A stretch of DNA of 64,000 nt from NCBI GenBank assembly GCA_964016885.1, contig CAXHJY010000514.1, positions 186,001 to 250,000 on the forward strand, given 5' to 3'. Under the pieces are notes generated by a model that saw nothing but the letters and a program-made list of their open reading frames with translations, was not told where the DNA came from and ran no database searches. The first letter of the stretch is position 1. Each line of letters opens with the position of its first letter. This DNA comes from Eledone cirrhosa (Eukaryota). Both the position numbers and the translations under genes were made by a program. Below, one piece after another: positions 27,237-39,914 of the stretch.

Positions 27237-30200
27237 ATGACCTCACTCAGAATAGGCAGCAAAAATGCGCGTGGCTTGGGGTCGTCATGGAAGCAGGGCC
27301 ACCTGCTCAACGACCTCAGGTCACTAAACATAGATGTAGTGGCCATTAGCGAAACCGGAATCTCCGAAGCACAGGCTTTCGCACCGATCTTCGGCGGCTA
27401 CGATGTGTACGCATCTCCCAGCCGTCCGGGATCGGGGGGAGGAGTTGCTGTGCTTTTTCGGAGAGGTTTGGATCTCGCCTTACGGGCCATCTTCCTGGAC
27501 CCAGAAGGTAAGTTGGTGGTGCTAGACAGGACCAGCGGAGACGGGCAAGCTTTCAGACTAGTGGCCGTGTATGCTCCAACGGGAGCAGGGCGGCCTGATT
27601 TCTTCCGGCGTCTGGAGAGCTTTTTTGGAACGTCCTGCGCTTTAGTGTTAGTGGGCGACTGGAACAGGATCTTAGATGCACGCTGGGACTGTGTGGGATT
27701 AGCGGATAGGGGAGGAGGGTGCAAGAGCCTCGCCAACCTGCTCAGGTGTTTTGAACTGTCTGACAGGTACCGATTGGATTGCCCGAATGTGTCAATGTGG
27801 ACTTGGACAAATGGCATAGGGTCATTCAGATCATATCTAGATAGAGTATTTTGTAGGGAAATAGATAGGTCTAGCATAGGGTGTCCACAATTCAAGATAG
27901 TCAGTTACACGGACCACAAATTCGTGATCTGTGTGCTTGATTTAGATAGGCTTCATAGACGAGGACTCGGCTACTGGAAGCTAAACGCGTCCTTACCAGC
28001 GCGCAAGGCCTACAGAGACCGGATTAGCGAACTAGTTAAGCGGGCGTTGACGGGGGCCATCGTCAACAACAAGTGGTGGTTTGCTCTGAAAAGAGCAATT
28101 AGAATAGAGTCCATTAGGTTTAGTAAGGCTTTAGCAATAGAGAAAAATAGAGCAGAGGGAGAATTAGTTAGAAAATTAGACGAGGCGCTTAGCAAAGGCA
28201 TCGCGACCGACGTACTTGCGGCAAAATTGGCCCTTGACCAATTCTTCAATGCAAAGCACGAAGGCTGCGTTGTCAGAGCTAGGGTGCGTGCTCTCAGACA
28301 CGAGGGAACGAAAGCCGTTCAATGGGCCCGAGTGGCGGAGGCGCGTCGTGGCAACAAAGCCACGATCCGGTCTTTGGTGGACTACGACGGGCGCATGCTA
28401 CTCGATCCCGGGCAAATGTGTGAAGCTTTTTAGCGACACTTCGCACAGCTTTTCGGGGGCAGCGGCGGGCTTGATCGAGGGATGGACGTTAGTGTCTACC
28501 TCAACGGACTGCCGCGGCTCTCGGCCACTGAAGCAGAGTGTTGCGAAAAGCCGATAACAGCCGCTGAAGTACGGGAGGCAATGACTGGCTGCACAAGGGG
28601 TAAGTCACCTGGTTTGGATGGTCTGCCCTATGAACTTTGCGTACAGATGCCAGACTTGTTCGGAGGCCTCTTGGCGGACGTCTACTGCAACTGGTAACAG
28701 AATGGGAGAATTCCCTGCCCTGTGAGTTAAGGAGTTGTGGCGCTGCTGATAAAGGATCAGAACAAGGGGGATAACATAGATAATTCCAGGCCCATAACTC
28801 TGCTAAACAACATAAAGTTCAACATTTTGGCCAAGGTGCTAGCAAAGAGGTTGGTGCTTGTCGTTGGTGGTCTGGTGGGAGAGGCACAGACATGCGCCAT
28901 TTCCGACAGATCCATCCACGACAACCTCCACCTCATGCGATACATCGTAGAGAGGGTAGCTAGGGAACCTGGCACGGGTGGGTCCTTGATCAAATTAGAT
29001 CAGTCGAAAGCTTTTGATAGGGTCGACCATCGTTACCTAGCGGCAGTCCTGAGGGCGGCTGGCTTTGTGCCTGTCTTCAGAGGCTGGATCGCTGCCATGC
29101 ACAGCGACATCTGCTCTGTGGTGAGAGTGAAAGGTCACCTTTCGGAACCGTTCAACATCATGCGCTCAGTCCGTCAAGGATGTCCCCTCTCGTCGCTCTT
29201 GTAAGTATTGACTCACGAACCAATACTGCACAAACTGGAGACATTGAGGGGGGTCCCGCACGAACTAGGATGCGGAAGATCCGTGTCAGCATATGCGGAC
29301 GATGTCACCGTAGTGGTGGCGAACGCCAAACACATCGAGGCGATCGGCACTACACTAAGAGAATACGAAGCGGTGACAGGAGCAATGATCAACAAGGAAA
29401 AGTCAGTGGGCCTGCAACTCGGCACCTGAAGAGGCAGGTCCATGCCGTCCAACAGCGTCGTCGGGCGCTGGACTGACAGACCGGTTAAATTGCTAGGGTC
29501 TGGTTCGGTCCGGACCTCCAGACGGACAAAAACTGGGACGAGGTGACGAGCAGGGTGGCTTCTCTCACCCAGAAATGGGCGGAGGGGAAGCTATCCCTGA
29601 AAGGTCGAGCGGAGGTGGCTAACGCGTATATCGCGTCCGTCATCTACTACCGCCTGTCCGTCGTACCTTGTCCTAAGCCCCGCCTGACTGCGCTGGAGCG
29701 TTTGCTCTTTCGCTTTTTGTGGAAGGGACGCGCTCTGATGGTCAGGCGGTCCATCTGCTGTCAACACCCGCTACGTGGAGGGCTGGGCCTGCCGTGGCTG
29801 ATGATACGCAGACACGCGCTCAGGCTACAACATCTCCACCTCTTCCTCGACGTTGATCAGGTGTGGTCGCCGTTTGCTAGACACGTCTTTCCCCAGCTCG
29901 TCTCCTTGACGGAGCTGCAGTCCTGGGTCAAGCGAAGTCCGAGAGGGAGCGCTTGCAGACTTTCATGTCTTCAGGCGCTCACAGCCCTCGACCAATCGGG
30001 CAATGTGAACGGTGGAAACTCCACCTTGGCCTTCTATAGAGAATTAGTGGAGGGGAAGAGCGAGTACGTACTTGGAGAAACTCTAGGCGTCGACGAAAAT
30101 CAACTAGCCAATCTCTTCGGAAGGACTTTTTTGGCCGGGGCCTGTGGACAACTTCCAGAAATCCCTGACCTGGCAGTGCTACCGAGGAGCTTTGCGAGTT

Positions 30201-30600
30201 CGGGATAAACTCTAGAGGCATGGAGGTGCCGTCAGCCGGCATGTCCGAGATGCGCGCAGGGTGACGAAACCGTCCTTCACGCACTAGTCCAGTGTCCGAG
30301 CATTGCTGACTTGTGGGTTTATGTCGAACACCTGCTGTGGGTTTATGTCGAACACCTGCTGTCACGTGTAGGACGGATCCAGCTGAGTCCATCGTGAGGA
30401 TTGCCCCGCCTTCTTCCTTTAGCCGGGAAGGGCAGGCAGTTTTTATCTGTCTGGTGGCCATGGCGAAAGAGATAGTATGGTGGACACGTTTGAAAGGGAA
30501 AATCAGGATAGAGAGCATTTTGTTGAAAGATGGGTGAGAGAAGCAAGTATGGCTCTGAGTATGTGTCTGTAAATTAAAGGTGGAAAACTGGGAGAGGGCA
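27237..30600 (+). pseudogene. Tx1 ORF2 (APE endonuclease + reverse transcriptase), disrupted
   Basis: SKNARGL, ISET, VYAP, GDWN, SYLDR and YTDH (APE); KSPGLDG, RPITLLN, DQSKAFDRV, VRQGCPLS and YADD (RT); C-terminal CPRC...ETVLHALVQC. Several stops and frameshifts. Confidence 0.92.
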
Positions 30601-30829
30601 CTTGCCTTGGTGGTCAGGGTCACTGTGGCCTTTTAATGGGCTTTCTCCACAAATGTCCTTCGGGAGTCTCCCCCCCCCACACACACACCCTATTGGGGAA
30701 TTTTTCATTGTTATTTTTATTACATCCTCTGTTTTTTTACACGCAGAAATGCCCATTTGTACCGTCCTGTATTGTCCTGCACTGTCCTTAATGTCTACTT
30801 TATGTAAACCCTTGTGGTTAATAAAGAAA

Positions 30830-30869
<40 letters not shown>

Positions 30870-30870
30870 A

Positions 30871-31051
30871 GGGCGGTGGATTAGCAGTATCGGTAGAGCG
30901 TCAGACGCCTTGCTTTGCAGCAAAGAGTTACGGCCCTTTATGATCTGAGTTCAATCCCGCTGAGGTTAACTTTGCCTTTCATCCTTCCGGGCTTGACTTA
31001 ATCGACTTTCCCCTCCCGAAAAATTGCTGGCCTTGTGCCTATATAAGAAAC

Positions 31052-31052
<1 letters not shown>
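30871..31052 (+). mobile_element. Meta-domain tRNA SINE in (TTA)n
   Basis: A box tagcagtatcgg, B box gagttcaatcc, Meta core aactttgcctttcatccttcc, tail gctggccttgtgcc...agaaac. Confidence 0.85.
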
Positions 31053-31084
<32 letters not shown>

Positions 31085-31085
<1 letters not shown>

Positions 31086-31209
31086 AGGATGAAAGGCAAA
31101 GTCAAATCCCGCCGAGGTTAACTTTGCCTTTCATCCTTCCGGGGTCGATAAAATAAAGTACCAGTAATGCACTGGTAATTGCTGGCCTTGTGCCAAAAGT
31201 AGAAACAAT
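31085..31209 (+). mobile_element. 5'-inverted Meta-SINE in (TTA)n
   Basis: aaggatgaaaggcaaagtcaa is the reverse complement of the adjacent ttaactttgcctttcatcctt. The tail is normal. Confidence 0.8.
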
Positions 31210-31903
31210 TATTATTATTATTATTTGAGGACACATTTTAAGAGAACAAAAATATAATCTGAGTTTTGCATTGTCAAGTAGGTTGCTAAAGAGAGAAATA
31301 TATAGACAAACTTACATTTGATATATTGATGTATAAGGACGTTCTCTATTTCTATTTCAGTCTTGCATTAGCTGCAGACTATGAATAGATACAATAGATT
31401 GATTTTGTTCCATACAAAAATGTTTTTTCAAGAAGAACTTTTTTCTATGGTTTTCTTTTCCTATACTTGAAGTTTTATATCATGGTAGGCTTTAAAGAAA
31501 AACATGTCTAACAATCACTAGTTGATCAGCCCAAGTGTAAAGAAAAAAAAAGCATTGCTGAATATAGACAAAAAAAGAAGACCCACATAACTTTCTTATA
31601 TTAATAATTAATAACAGTTGATTTAACATTTATAAACTAACAGTTGTAAGCTGTCTTGTGAATGACTGATTTATGGTTATTTTCAGAGGCCTGAAAATTT
31701 GTAAATGGTAGGGAGAAATGAGAAGATAGTGATTTATTGAATTTCTCAGACAAACGAAAATACTGAGTACATATGTGGAAATGTATACCGTCATTTGTTA
31801 GAGACTGGAAACAAATCTATTATATATATATATATATATATAGTTAGAGAACGGTCGTAAATACCTGGATTAAATCCTTCTCTTAATGCTTACCTGTGTT
31901 TTC

Positions 31904-31968
<65 letters not shown>

Positions 31969-32004
31969 ATATATATATATATATAAAATGTATATATATA
32001 TAAA

Positions 32005-32043
<39 letters not shown>

Positions 32044-32297
32044 AAACGTGTATATATATATATATATAAAATGTATATGAATGTATATAAATATATATGT
32101 ATATAATAAATGTATATATATATATATATAAGGAAAAAAGATGAAATCGAAAATGCAATTGGAGTCTTTTTTTTCTTTTAATATATTTATTTGGTTTCTT
32201 TACTGGTATTGCAGTTCTTTTGCTTTTCAAAAGTAGGATTGAGATGGAGGGTTTGTGGTTTTTCTCACATCATATATATATATATATATATGTATAT

Positions 32298-33663
32298 AGA
32301 TGAAAATGGCAGAAATGATATTAGCACAACTAATTAGAGAAAATGTCAAACTAGATGAGATGCAGTTTGGTTTTTGTGCCTGGGAAGAGTGCAACAGATA
32401 CCATTTCTTGGTGAGACAATTACAAGAGGTTCTTAAATAAGCCACTATACTAAGTTTTTGTTGACCTAGAGAAGGCCTTTGCTGGATACCCCAATCTGTC
32501 ATCTGGTGGTCCCTAAGGAAACTAGGTGTTGAGGAATGGCTTGTGCGGACAGTAAAGTTGGGGTAGGAATGGAGTTTACTGAGGAATTCCAGATACAAGT
32601 GGGAGAACATCAAGGTTCGGTCCTCAGAGGATATTAGTACTACAAGCCATAACAGAGGAGTTTCAGACTGGCTGTCCATGGGAACTTCTCTATGCTGACG
32701 ATCTGGTTCTTATAGCAGAATCAGTAGAGGAGCTAGAGAATAAATTCAGGTTATGGAAACAGCAGTTGGAAGCAAGAGTATTGAGAGTGAACCTAGCTAA
32801 GAGAAAAATGTTGATGAGTAGAAAAGAGGACAAAACTCTGATACCGTCAGGGAAATGGCCATGTTCGATATGCAGAAAAGGAACTGGCATAAATTCTATG
32901 AAAGGCACACAATGCAGATCCTGGGTACACTAAAGCTGTAGTGGGATAGCAGGCAAACTAACAGGTAGGGAGAAATACGTATGCAGTAGATGTACAGGGA
33001 AATTAGACAGTAGAAGTTGCATTGATAGACACATTTTTCAAATACAAGCGAGTGCTATAAAAGTGGTAGATAGCTTCCGGTACCTAGATCAGATTAGCAT
33101 GGAGGAGGGTGTTCCGAGGTCATTTTATCTAGAGTAAGGACGGGTTGGAAAACGTTTAGGGTGCTGCTACCTCTGCTGACGAAGAAGGATTTCTCCCTGC
33201 GTACGAAAAGGCTGTTATATGATGCCTGTGTGAGGACGCGATGCTGCATGGTAGTGAGACATGGGCAGCAACTGCAGAGGATATGCGACAACGGGAGAGA
33301 AATGAGGCAAGCATGCTCCGTTGGATGTGCAATGTCAATGTGCGTGAACGACCAAGCATAAATGTGTTGAGAGAGAAACTCTCTCTGAGAGGGATAGAAT
33401 GTAGTGTGCGAGAGAGGAGACTGAGGTGGTATGGACTTGTGATGCGCATGGAGGATGTGCCAGGAAATGCCAGTTGAAGGAAGACATGGAAGAAGAAGAC
33501 CACGAAAAACATGCACGGAGATGGTGAGAACAGACCTCAGATCGCTGAAGCTCACGGTGGAGATGATGAAGGACCGTGACGAGTGGAGAGATGCTGTGCT
33601 GAATAACACCCGTCCCACCCTTGCAAGCAGGGAAAAGTGGACGTAAAATGATGATGATGATGA
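32298..33663 (+). mobile_element. 5'-truncated older RTE LINE
   Basis: LDEMQFGF, PWELLYADD, GKWPCSICRKG and MLHGSETW...LRWYG, ending in a (GAT)n tail. Many lesions. Confidence 0.9.
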
Positions 33664-33666
33664 TAG

Positions 33667-33700
<34 letters not shown>

Positions 33701-33763
33701 GTATATAAATATAAATATGTATATAAATATATATATGTATATATGTATATAAAAATATATATG

Positions 33764-33885
<122 letters not shown>

Positions 33886-33898
33886 CATATATATATAC

Positions 33899-33989
<91 letters not shown>

Positions 33990-34046
33990 AAAAGGTTCAG
34001 GATTCCGACAGCAGTGCACAAGCAATTTCAATAGCTATTTCTGGAG

Positions 34047-34139
<93 letters not shown>

Positions 34140-34146
34140 TATATAC

Positions 34147-34228
<82 letters not shown>

Positions 34229-34243
34229 GTGTGTATATATATA

Positions 34244-34282
<39 letters not shown>

Positions 34283-34414
34283 GGACCCACACCCCACCCA
34301 CCCACACCAAAATTAGACTTATCGTCCCCCTACTTTTGCTTTTTACTCTCTTTACTCTTTGTTCTTGAATGTTTGGTTGGTAGAGTCCATAACACCAATC
34401 AAACCCCTTTTATA

Positions 34415-34459
34415 GCTCTGACCAATCCTACGGTTACGTAAAGAAGAAACATTGTAAGC
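34415..34459 (+). ncRNA. Type-I hammerhead with one core substitution
   Basis: GCT-CTGACCA-ATCCTACG(GTTA)CGTAAAGAA-GAAA-CATTG-TA-AGC, followed by AATAAA. Confidence 0.6.
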
Positions 34460-34711
34460 CAATAAAAATCTGTTGATGTTGTAGACGCTCTTGTGTTCTT
34501 TATCATATATGTATATATGTATATATGTGTGTATATATATATGTATATATATATATATGTGTGTATATATATATGTATATATATATGTGTGTATGTGTGT
34601 ATATATATATATATGTGTGTATGTGTGTATATATATATATATATATGTGTATATATATATATATGTGTATATGTATATATATATATATATGTGTGTGTGT
34701 GTGAATATATA

Positions 34712-36316
34712 CAGTGCCCCGCAAAAGTTTACAACACATTAGGAAAAATGCGGTTTTAGGTATTTTTAATAAAGTTAGGGTAATGAAAATTTAACTACCG
34801 ATAGAACATATAATGAGGCATTTAATGATACAATCATAGTTTTAAAAAAATGACAAGGAAATAACTCATGAAGAAAAATCAATATTTTTATAACGCAAAA
34901 GTTTACAACACATTTATTAAATGATCTCTTAATATTTCGTAGCGTAACCTGTCTTGCTAATTACAGCCTGTAGGGCGTTTGGAGAAGCCTCCTACAAACT
35001 TCTTACATGTTTCTTGGCTTATATTTATCCATTCTTCACAACAAATTTTCTTTAGTTCAGGGATATTTTGTGGTTTCCTTTTTTGAATTGTCTCCACAAA
35101 TTTTCGATCGGGTTAAGATCTGGCAAGACTGACATGGTCATTTTAGAACATTTATTCCATTCGTACTTAACCAAGATTGTGTTAGCTTTGCAGTATGCTT
35201 TGGATTGTTATCTTGTTGAAAAAACCAACCTGGCTTTAAGCTGAGAGAATGTGCTCTTTGATGTAAATTCCTTTGGAAAATACCTCTATAATAAGTGCCA
35301 CCCATTCTTCCTTCTATTATTTCAATATTTCCTACTCCTGTGGCACTAAAGCAACCCCAGACCATGATTGATCCACCTCCAAATTTTACAGTTGGAATAG
35401 TATTCTTCACCGAATATTCAGTACCTTTTTTTCTCCAGACTTTTGCCACAGCATTTCGACCAAAATGTTCAATTTTTGTTTCGTCCGACTAAAGTACATC
35501 TTCCCAAAATGACGCAGATTTGATGAGATGCTCATGTGCAAAGTTTAATCGATGAAGAACGTGTTTCCTCGTAAGAAGTGGTGTTTTCCTTGGAGACCTC
35601 GAGAAGATATTATATCGATGTAGTGAACGACTAATTGTATCTGTGCTCACTTTTACTCCGCTTTCTTCTAGGTCATCCTGAAGATTTTTAAGAGTACACC
35701 GGGGTTCGTTGCCAACCTTTCTCGACAATAGCTGAGTTGCACGTTCCGTTATCTTTCTTGGACAACCAGAACTAATTAGAGGACAGATGGAATGATGAGA
35801 TTTCCAGTGACGAATTATTCTACCAACTGAACTCAATGGCACATTTAACTGACAAGATATCTTTCTATAACCAACACCATTTGTATGAAGGTCTACAATG
35901 CGTTTACAGAGGTCTTGATCAATCAGTTTATTTTTCCCCATATTGTCCATGTTTACAGGACGGTTGTCAATGTTTACAGGATGGTTGTCAGACAAATAAT
36001 GATGTAATATTTTTAATAGTCCTTAGAAGTTACCTTAAACCTAATCTAGAACATTCTACTGAATTTTAAATCTGAAAATTTAAGAATTTTCTTGAAAAAA
36101 GCGATAAATATAAAATGTGTTGTAAACTTTTGCGTTATAAAAATATTGATTTTTCTTCATGTGTTATTTCCTTGTTATTTTTTTTTAAATATGATTGTAT
36201 CAGTAAATGCCTCATTATATGTTCTATCAGTAGTTAAATTTTCATTACCCTAACTTTATTAAAAATACCTAAAACTGCATTTTTCCTAATGTGTTGTAAA
36301 CTTTTGCGGGGCACTG
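34712..36316 (-). mobile_element. Tc1-family DNA transposon, IR/DR type
   Basis: TA TSDs and CAGTG...CACTG ends. The ~204-bp TIRs (34712-34915 and 36113-36316) each carry two copies of gcaaaagtttacaacacatt. Confidence 0.95.
34929..35941 (-). pseudogene. Tc1 DD34E-type transposase, disrupted
   Basis: MGKNK paired-like HTH, SGCPRKIT, VL*SDETK, KFGGGSIMVWGCF, FQQDNNPKH, PDLNPIENLW and GYATKY*. Two W-to-stop changes plus frameshift(s). Confidence 0.92.
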
Positions 36317-36320
36317 TATA

Positions 36321-36826
36321 TCATCATCATCGTTTAACGTCCATTTTCCACCCTAGCATGGGTCTGGACGGGAATTGTCCCACTTGAGGCAAGATTGGTT
36401 GTCTTGCTCGTATAGGACTGTCTGGCGTGTTTTCTACGGCTGGATGCCCTTCCTAACACCAACCACGTTTACAGTGTGGACAGGGAGGTTTCTACTGTGT
36501 TACCCACGCGGCCACATTACAGCGTGGACTGTGTGTTTTTTTGTCGTGACACCTACACGACCTCATTTATTTAGGACTGGATGTTGTGGTACCAACATAG
36601 CTTTACTTCGAAAGGGGTGGTGTAGATGGCAGTGGGGGTAGGGTTAGTGGGACAGGGGTGTATTTTGGTTAAGAGGTGCCTACTGACTGTAGGTTTCGCT
36701 TTGTACTTAGACAAGGCGGGTCTTCTGTATTACTACGTAACGCCAAAGATCTCGGTCCAGTGACATTGTCTTGGAGAGGGGTAAGTGTGTGAGGTCGGAT
36801 TTTATCAAGTCGTCCCAGTTTTTCTG
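36321..36826 (-). mobile_element. 5'-truncated RTE LINE (ORF end + 3'UTR)
   Basis: [27 protein letters not shown]; the 3'UTR matches 43047-43408. Confidence 0.9.
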
Positions 36827-37001
36827 ATATATATATGTGTGTGTGAATATGTATATATATATATATATATACATGCGTGTGTGTGTATATGTATATATAT
36901 ATATAGGGGTGTGTATATGTATATATATATATATGTGTATATGTATACATATATGTGTGTATATATATATATGTGTATATATATATGTGTGTGTATATAT
37001 A

Positions 37002-37057
<56 letters not shown>

Positions 37058-37216
37058 AGAAATAGGATTTCGCTTCAAGCATAGCTTTATACAATATGTA
37101 TAATTATTTTGTATCTCCAAGAAAATACGGTTTTAGGAAGCCGTGGCTGTGCAAACACCGGGAGGGGGGTTGGGCTAACGCCCTCTGGTGATGTCCAGCA
37201 GAAGCACGGGGGACAA

Positions 37217-37256
37217 CGTCTATGCATTTCAGGCTTAACTGGACTTCGTCAGGACG
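37217..37256 (-). ncRNA. Minimal type-I hammerhead ribozyme, intact core
   Basis: CGTC-CTGACGA-AGTCCAGTTAAGCCT-GAAA-TGCA-TA-GACG, with palindromic stem III (ATGCAT). Confidence 0.8.
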
Positions 37257-37386
37257 GTCCCTCCCACCGCTTGCGACTGCTGGACAAGAAGACAGCGGAG
37301 AATATATACATTTCTCGTCTGTGTAAATGAGGTGATTAATCTATATATATATGTGTGGTGTGTGCATATGCGTGTATATATATATA

Positions 37387-37420
<34 letters not shown>

Positions 37421-37427
<7 letters not shown>

Positions 37428-37956
37428 ATACTTGGGGAGGGACATATTTGTGTAATATTGCCAGAATTAATAACAGAACACACTCACTGTTTGGTTGGTT
37501 TTCGCTTTTCGCTTCTGTGTCCTTTATATCGGTAATCTAATTTATTCGGTCCTCAATGTTGCCATTGACTGACCAACAGTCAAAAATAATACAGATACAA
37601 TATAGACACAAACACATATATATAGTTTATTAAATAAATAAATAAATATATAAACTGACTAAATAAAGATGGCGTAAACATACAATGTAACGGGAGGAAA
37701 CAATAGCACCACTGACGATGTTGCAGATGTGCAACGAAAGAACTTTGATAAACTATATATATGTGTTTGTGTCTATATTGTATCTGTATTATTTTGACCG
37801 TTGGTCAGTCAATGGCAACATTGAGGACCGAATACATTAGATTACCGATATAAAAGACACAGAATCGAAAAGCGAAAATCAACCAAACAGTGAGTGTGTT
37901 CTGTTATTAATTCTGACAATATTACACAAATATGACCCTCCCCAAGTATAACAATA
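37421..37956. mobile_element. Solo inverted pair of Penelope pseudo-LTRs
   Basis: ~210-bp imperfect inverted arms (37421-37634 and 37744-37956). The + part aligns with 63175-63500, the 3' end of the Penelope element. Confidence 0.88.
37708..37749 (+). ncRNA. Hammerhead ribozyme in Penelope pLTR
   Basis: ACCA-CTGACGA-T-GTTGCA(GATG)TGCAAC-GAAA-GAAC-TT-TGAT. Confidence 0.72.
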
Positions 37957-38011
37957 TTTGTTTCTGCACACGATTTCATATGAAAAACCTTGCAAAACTA
38001 ATTGATCGCCG

Positions 38012-38067
<56 letters not shown>

Positions 38068-38095
38068 TTGTATATATGTATGTATAAGTGTATAC

Positions 38096-38130
<35 letters not shown>

Positions 38131-38132
<2 letters not shown>

Positions 38133-38608
38133 ATGGAATAGAATGAAACGAAATTTCATTTCTCACTCTTAGTACGGCACATACTGAAATGTAAGTGCCG
38201 TACTAAGAGTGAGTAATTAAATTTCGTTTCATTCGATTCCATTTATCCTTTTCGGTGTGCCCGGCCGACTGAACTCACTCGATATGCAAATTAGGCTGCT
38301 CAGTCGTTAATATGCATATGGAAAGTATATACTTTCAGACGTTCAAGCATCTGGCACGAAGGTATACGATGCTGACAATAGCTAATAAGTTTGAAACTAG
38401 TACATCGTTCCTGTGTCAGTGTTGAACAAAAAGGTGATGTGATTGCCTAAACACCGTACGGCGCAATTCGGGCTGTTTGATTGTTTACAATCAAACAAAC
38501 CGAGCATTATAATATATATATATGTGTGCATGTATGTATATATATACATACTACTGTACGTCTGTATACATATATGTATGTACGTATACGTACATACATA
38601 CTTAGACA
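38131..38608 (+). mobile_element. Retrozyme-like family A copy with ~50-bp 5' inversion
   Basis: Hairpin ...tctcactcttagtacggcac / gtgccgtactaagagtgag..., then a body colinear with 57355-57915. No coding potential. Confidence 0.8.
38366..38408 (+). ncRNA. Hammerhead (family A), G8A
   Basis: ACGATG-CTGACAA-TAGCTAATAAGTTT-GAAA-CTAG-TA-CATCGT. Confidence 0.7.
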
Positions 38609-39577
38609 TATATATATATATATGTTTGTGTGTGTGTATGTATATGTTTATATCTATCTATGCATATGTATGTTTTTAATGGAGTATCAAATATAATTAT
38701 ACCTCTATCTATATATGTGAATATATATACTTTTGTGATCTAAGAAAATTATGCGTTTTGACTATATGTCAACATGCATTTATCTGAGTTTGATTACTTA
38801 TACATAGACACACTTTTTATGGTGCATCATACGCTATATTAGACTATATACAATGTACCATACTGTACTATATTATATTACATTATATTATATTTTTATA
38901 TTATATTTTATTATCTTATTATAATTTTCATCTTTTAATATACTATCCTTCCTCTTCATGACCAGTATTTTACCTATCTATATTTATCCTAGTTATCTCT
39001 GTATATTTCATATTTACTTATTTTTATTCACGTAAAAATTCCATACAAAACAACTCAACATTTAATTTTTACATTCCTTTTTAAACTTCATTCCACCATC
39101 TACATTCAACTAACATATAACAATCCCTTTCTCCTCATGGGTTCTTTATAGTAATTCTATTTTTAAGACCATTCAACCATTCCTTTCAAAAGGTCATGAC
39201 CTCAACTAAAGTGAGTAATATTTCATCTTAACATATGGCAAAAGTGCATTTGATTGGTTTGTTCTTCAGCTACCTCCAAATAAAGTCATAGAACTCAATT
39301 TACTATTGATTGAATACAATTTGCATTGCTTTTGACAACGGCTGATGATATACATCTAGGTAAATATATTCCTGGTCTAATATTTTGTAACTAACCCTAC
39401 ATGGATCGATAACGAAATGTGCGTACGATGTATTATTACCTAGAAACGATCGTAAAGCAGTGAAGTTTATTTCTAATGACTTGATTTTTTATTTCATTGT
39501 TTTAACTTATATATATATATAATATATAGTGACGAGACGAACATAAGTCAATTGCATGAACTCATAATCCTTTATTT

Positions 39578-39633
39578 ACTGCTATATATGTTTCGATGAT
39601 AGCCATTGGATGGCTATGACCTCATCAGGCAGT
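39578..39633 (-). ncRNA. Type-I hammerhead ribozyme
   Basis: ACTGC-CTGATGA-GGTCATAGCCA(TCCAA)TGGCTATCATC-GAAA-CATATA-TA-GCAGT, followed by AATAAA. Confidence 0.8.
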
Positions 39634-39914
39634 TAGTCAGTTGTTAGATATGCCACCTCTGTGATTTTGGTGTTGATGGGATCAGAACATTGGGACATAA
39701 GGGCATGTTAGGGATAATTTAATGTTGTCAGCAGGAATAATTTTAATTCTCATTGTGTATATATATATATGTATGTGTATATATATATATGTGTATGTAT
39801 ATGTATATATATATATATATATATATGTGTGTATATGTATATATATATATATATATATGTATATGTATATATGTGTATTTGTATATATATGTATGTATAT
39901 GTATATATATGTGT

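Larger units (their letters stand above)
25065..30828 (+). mobile_element. Full-length Tx1 (L1-clade) LINE inserted in (TTA)n
   Basis: 5'UTR, ORF1, ORF2 (APE-RT-Cys motif) and a 3'UTR ending aataaagaa. Both sides are flanked by atc(att)n. Confidence 0.9.

Noticed and set aside
29979-30623. 214-aa minus-strand ORF and other antisense ORFs over LINEs
   Set aside because: They are shadows of LINE coding sequence with no recognisable motifs.
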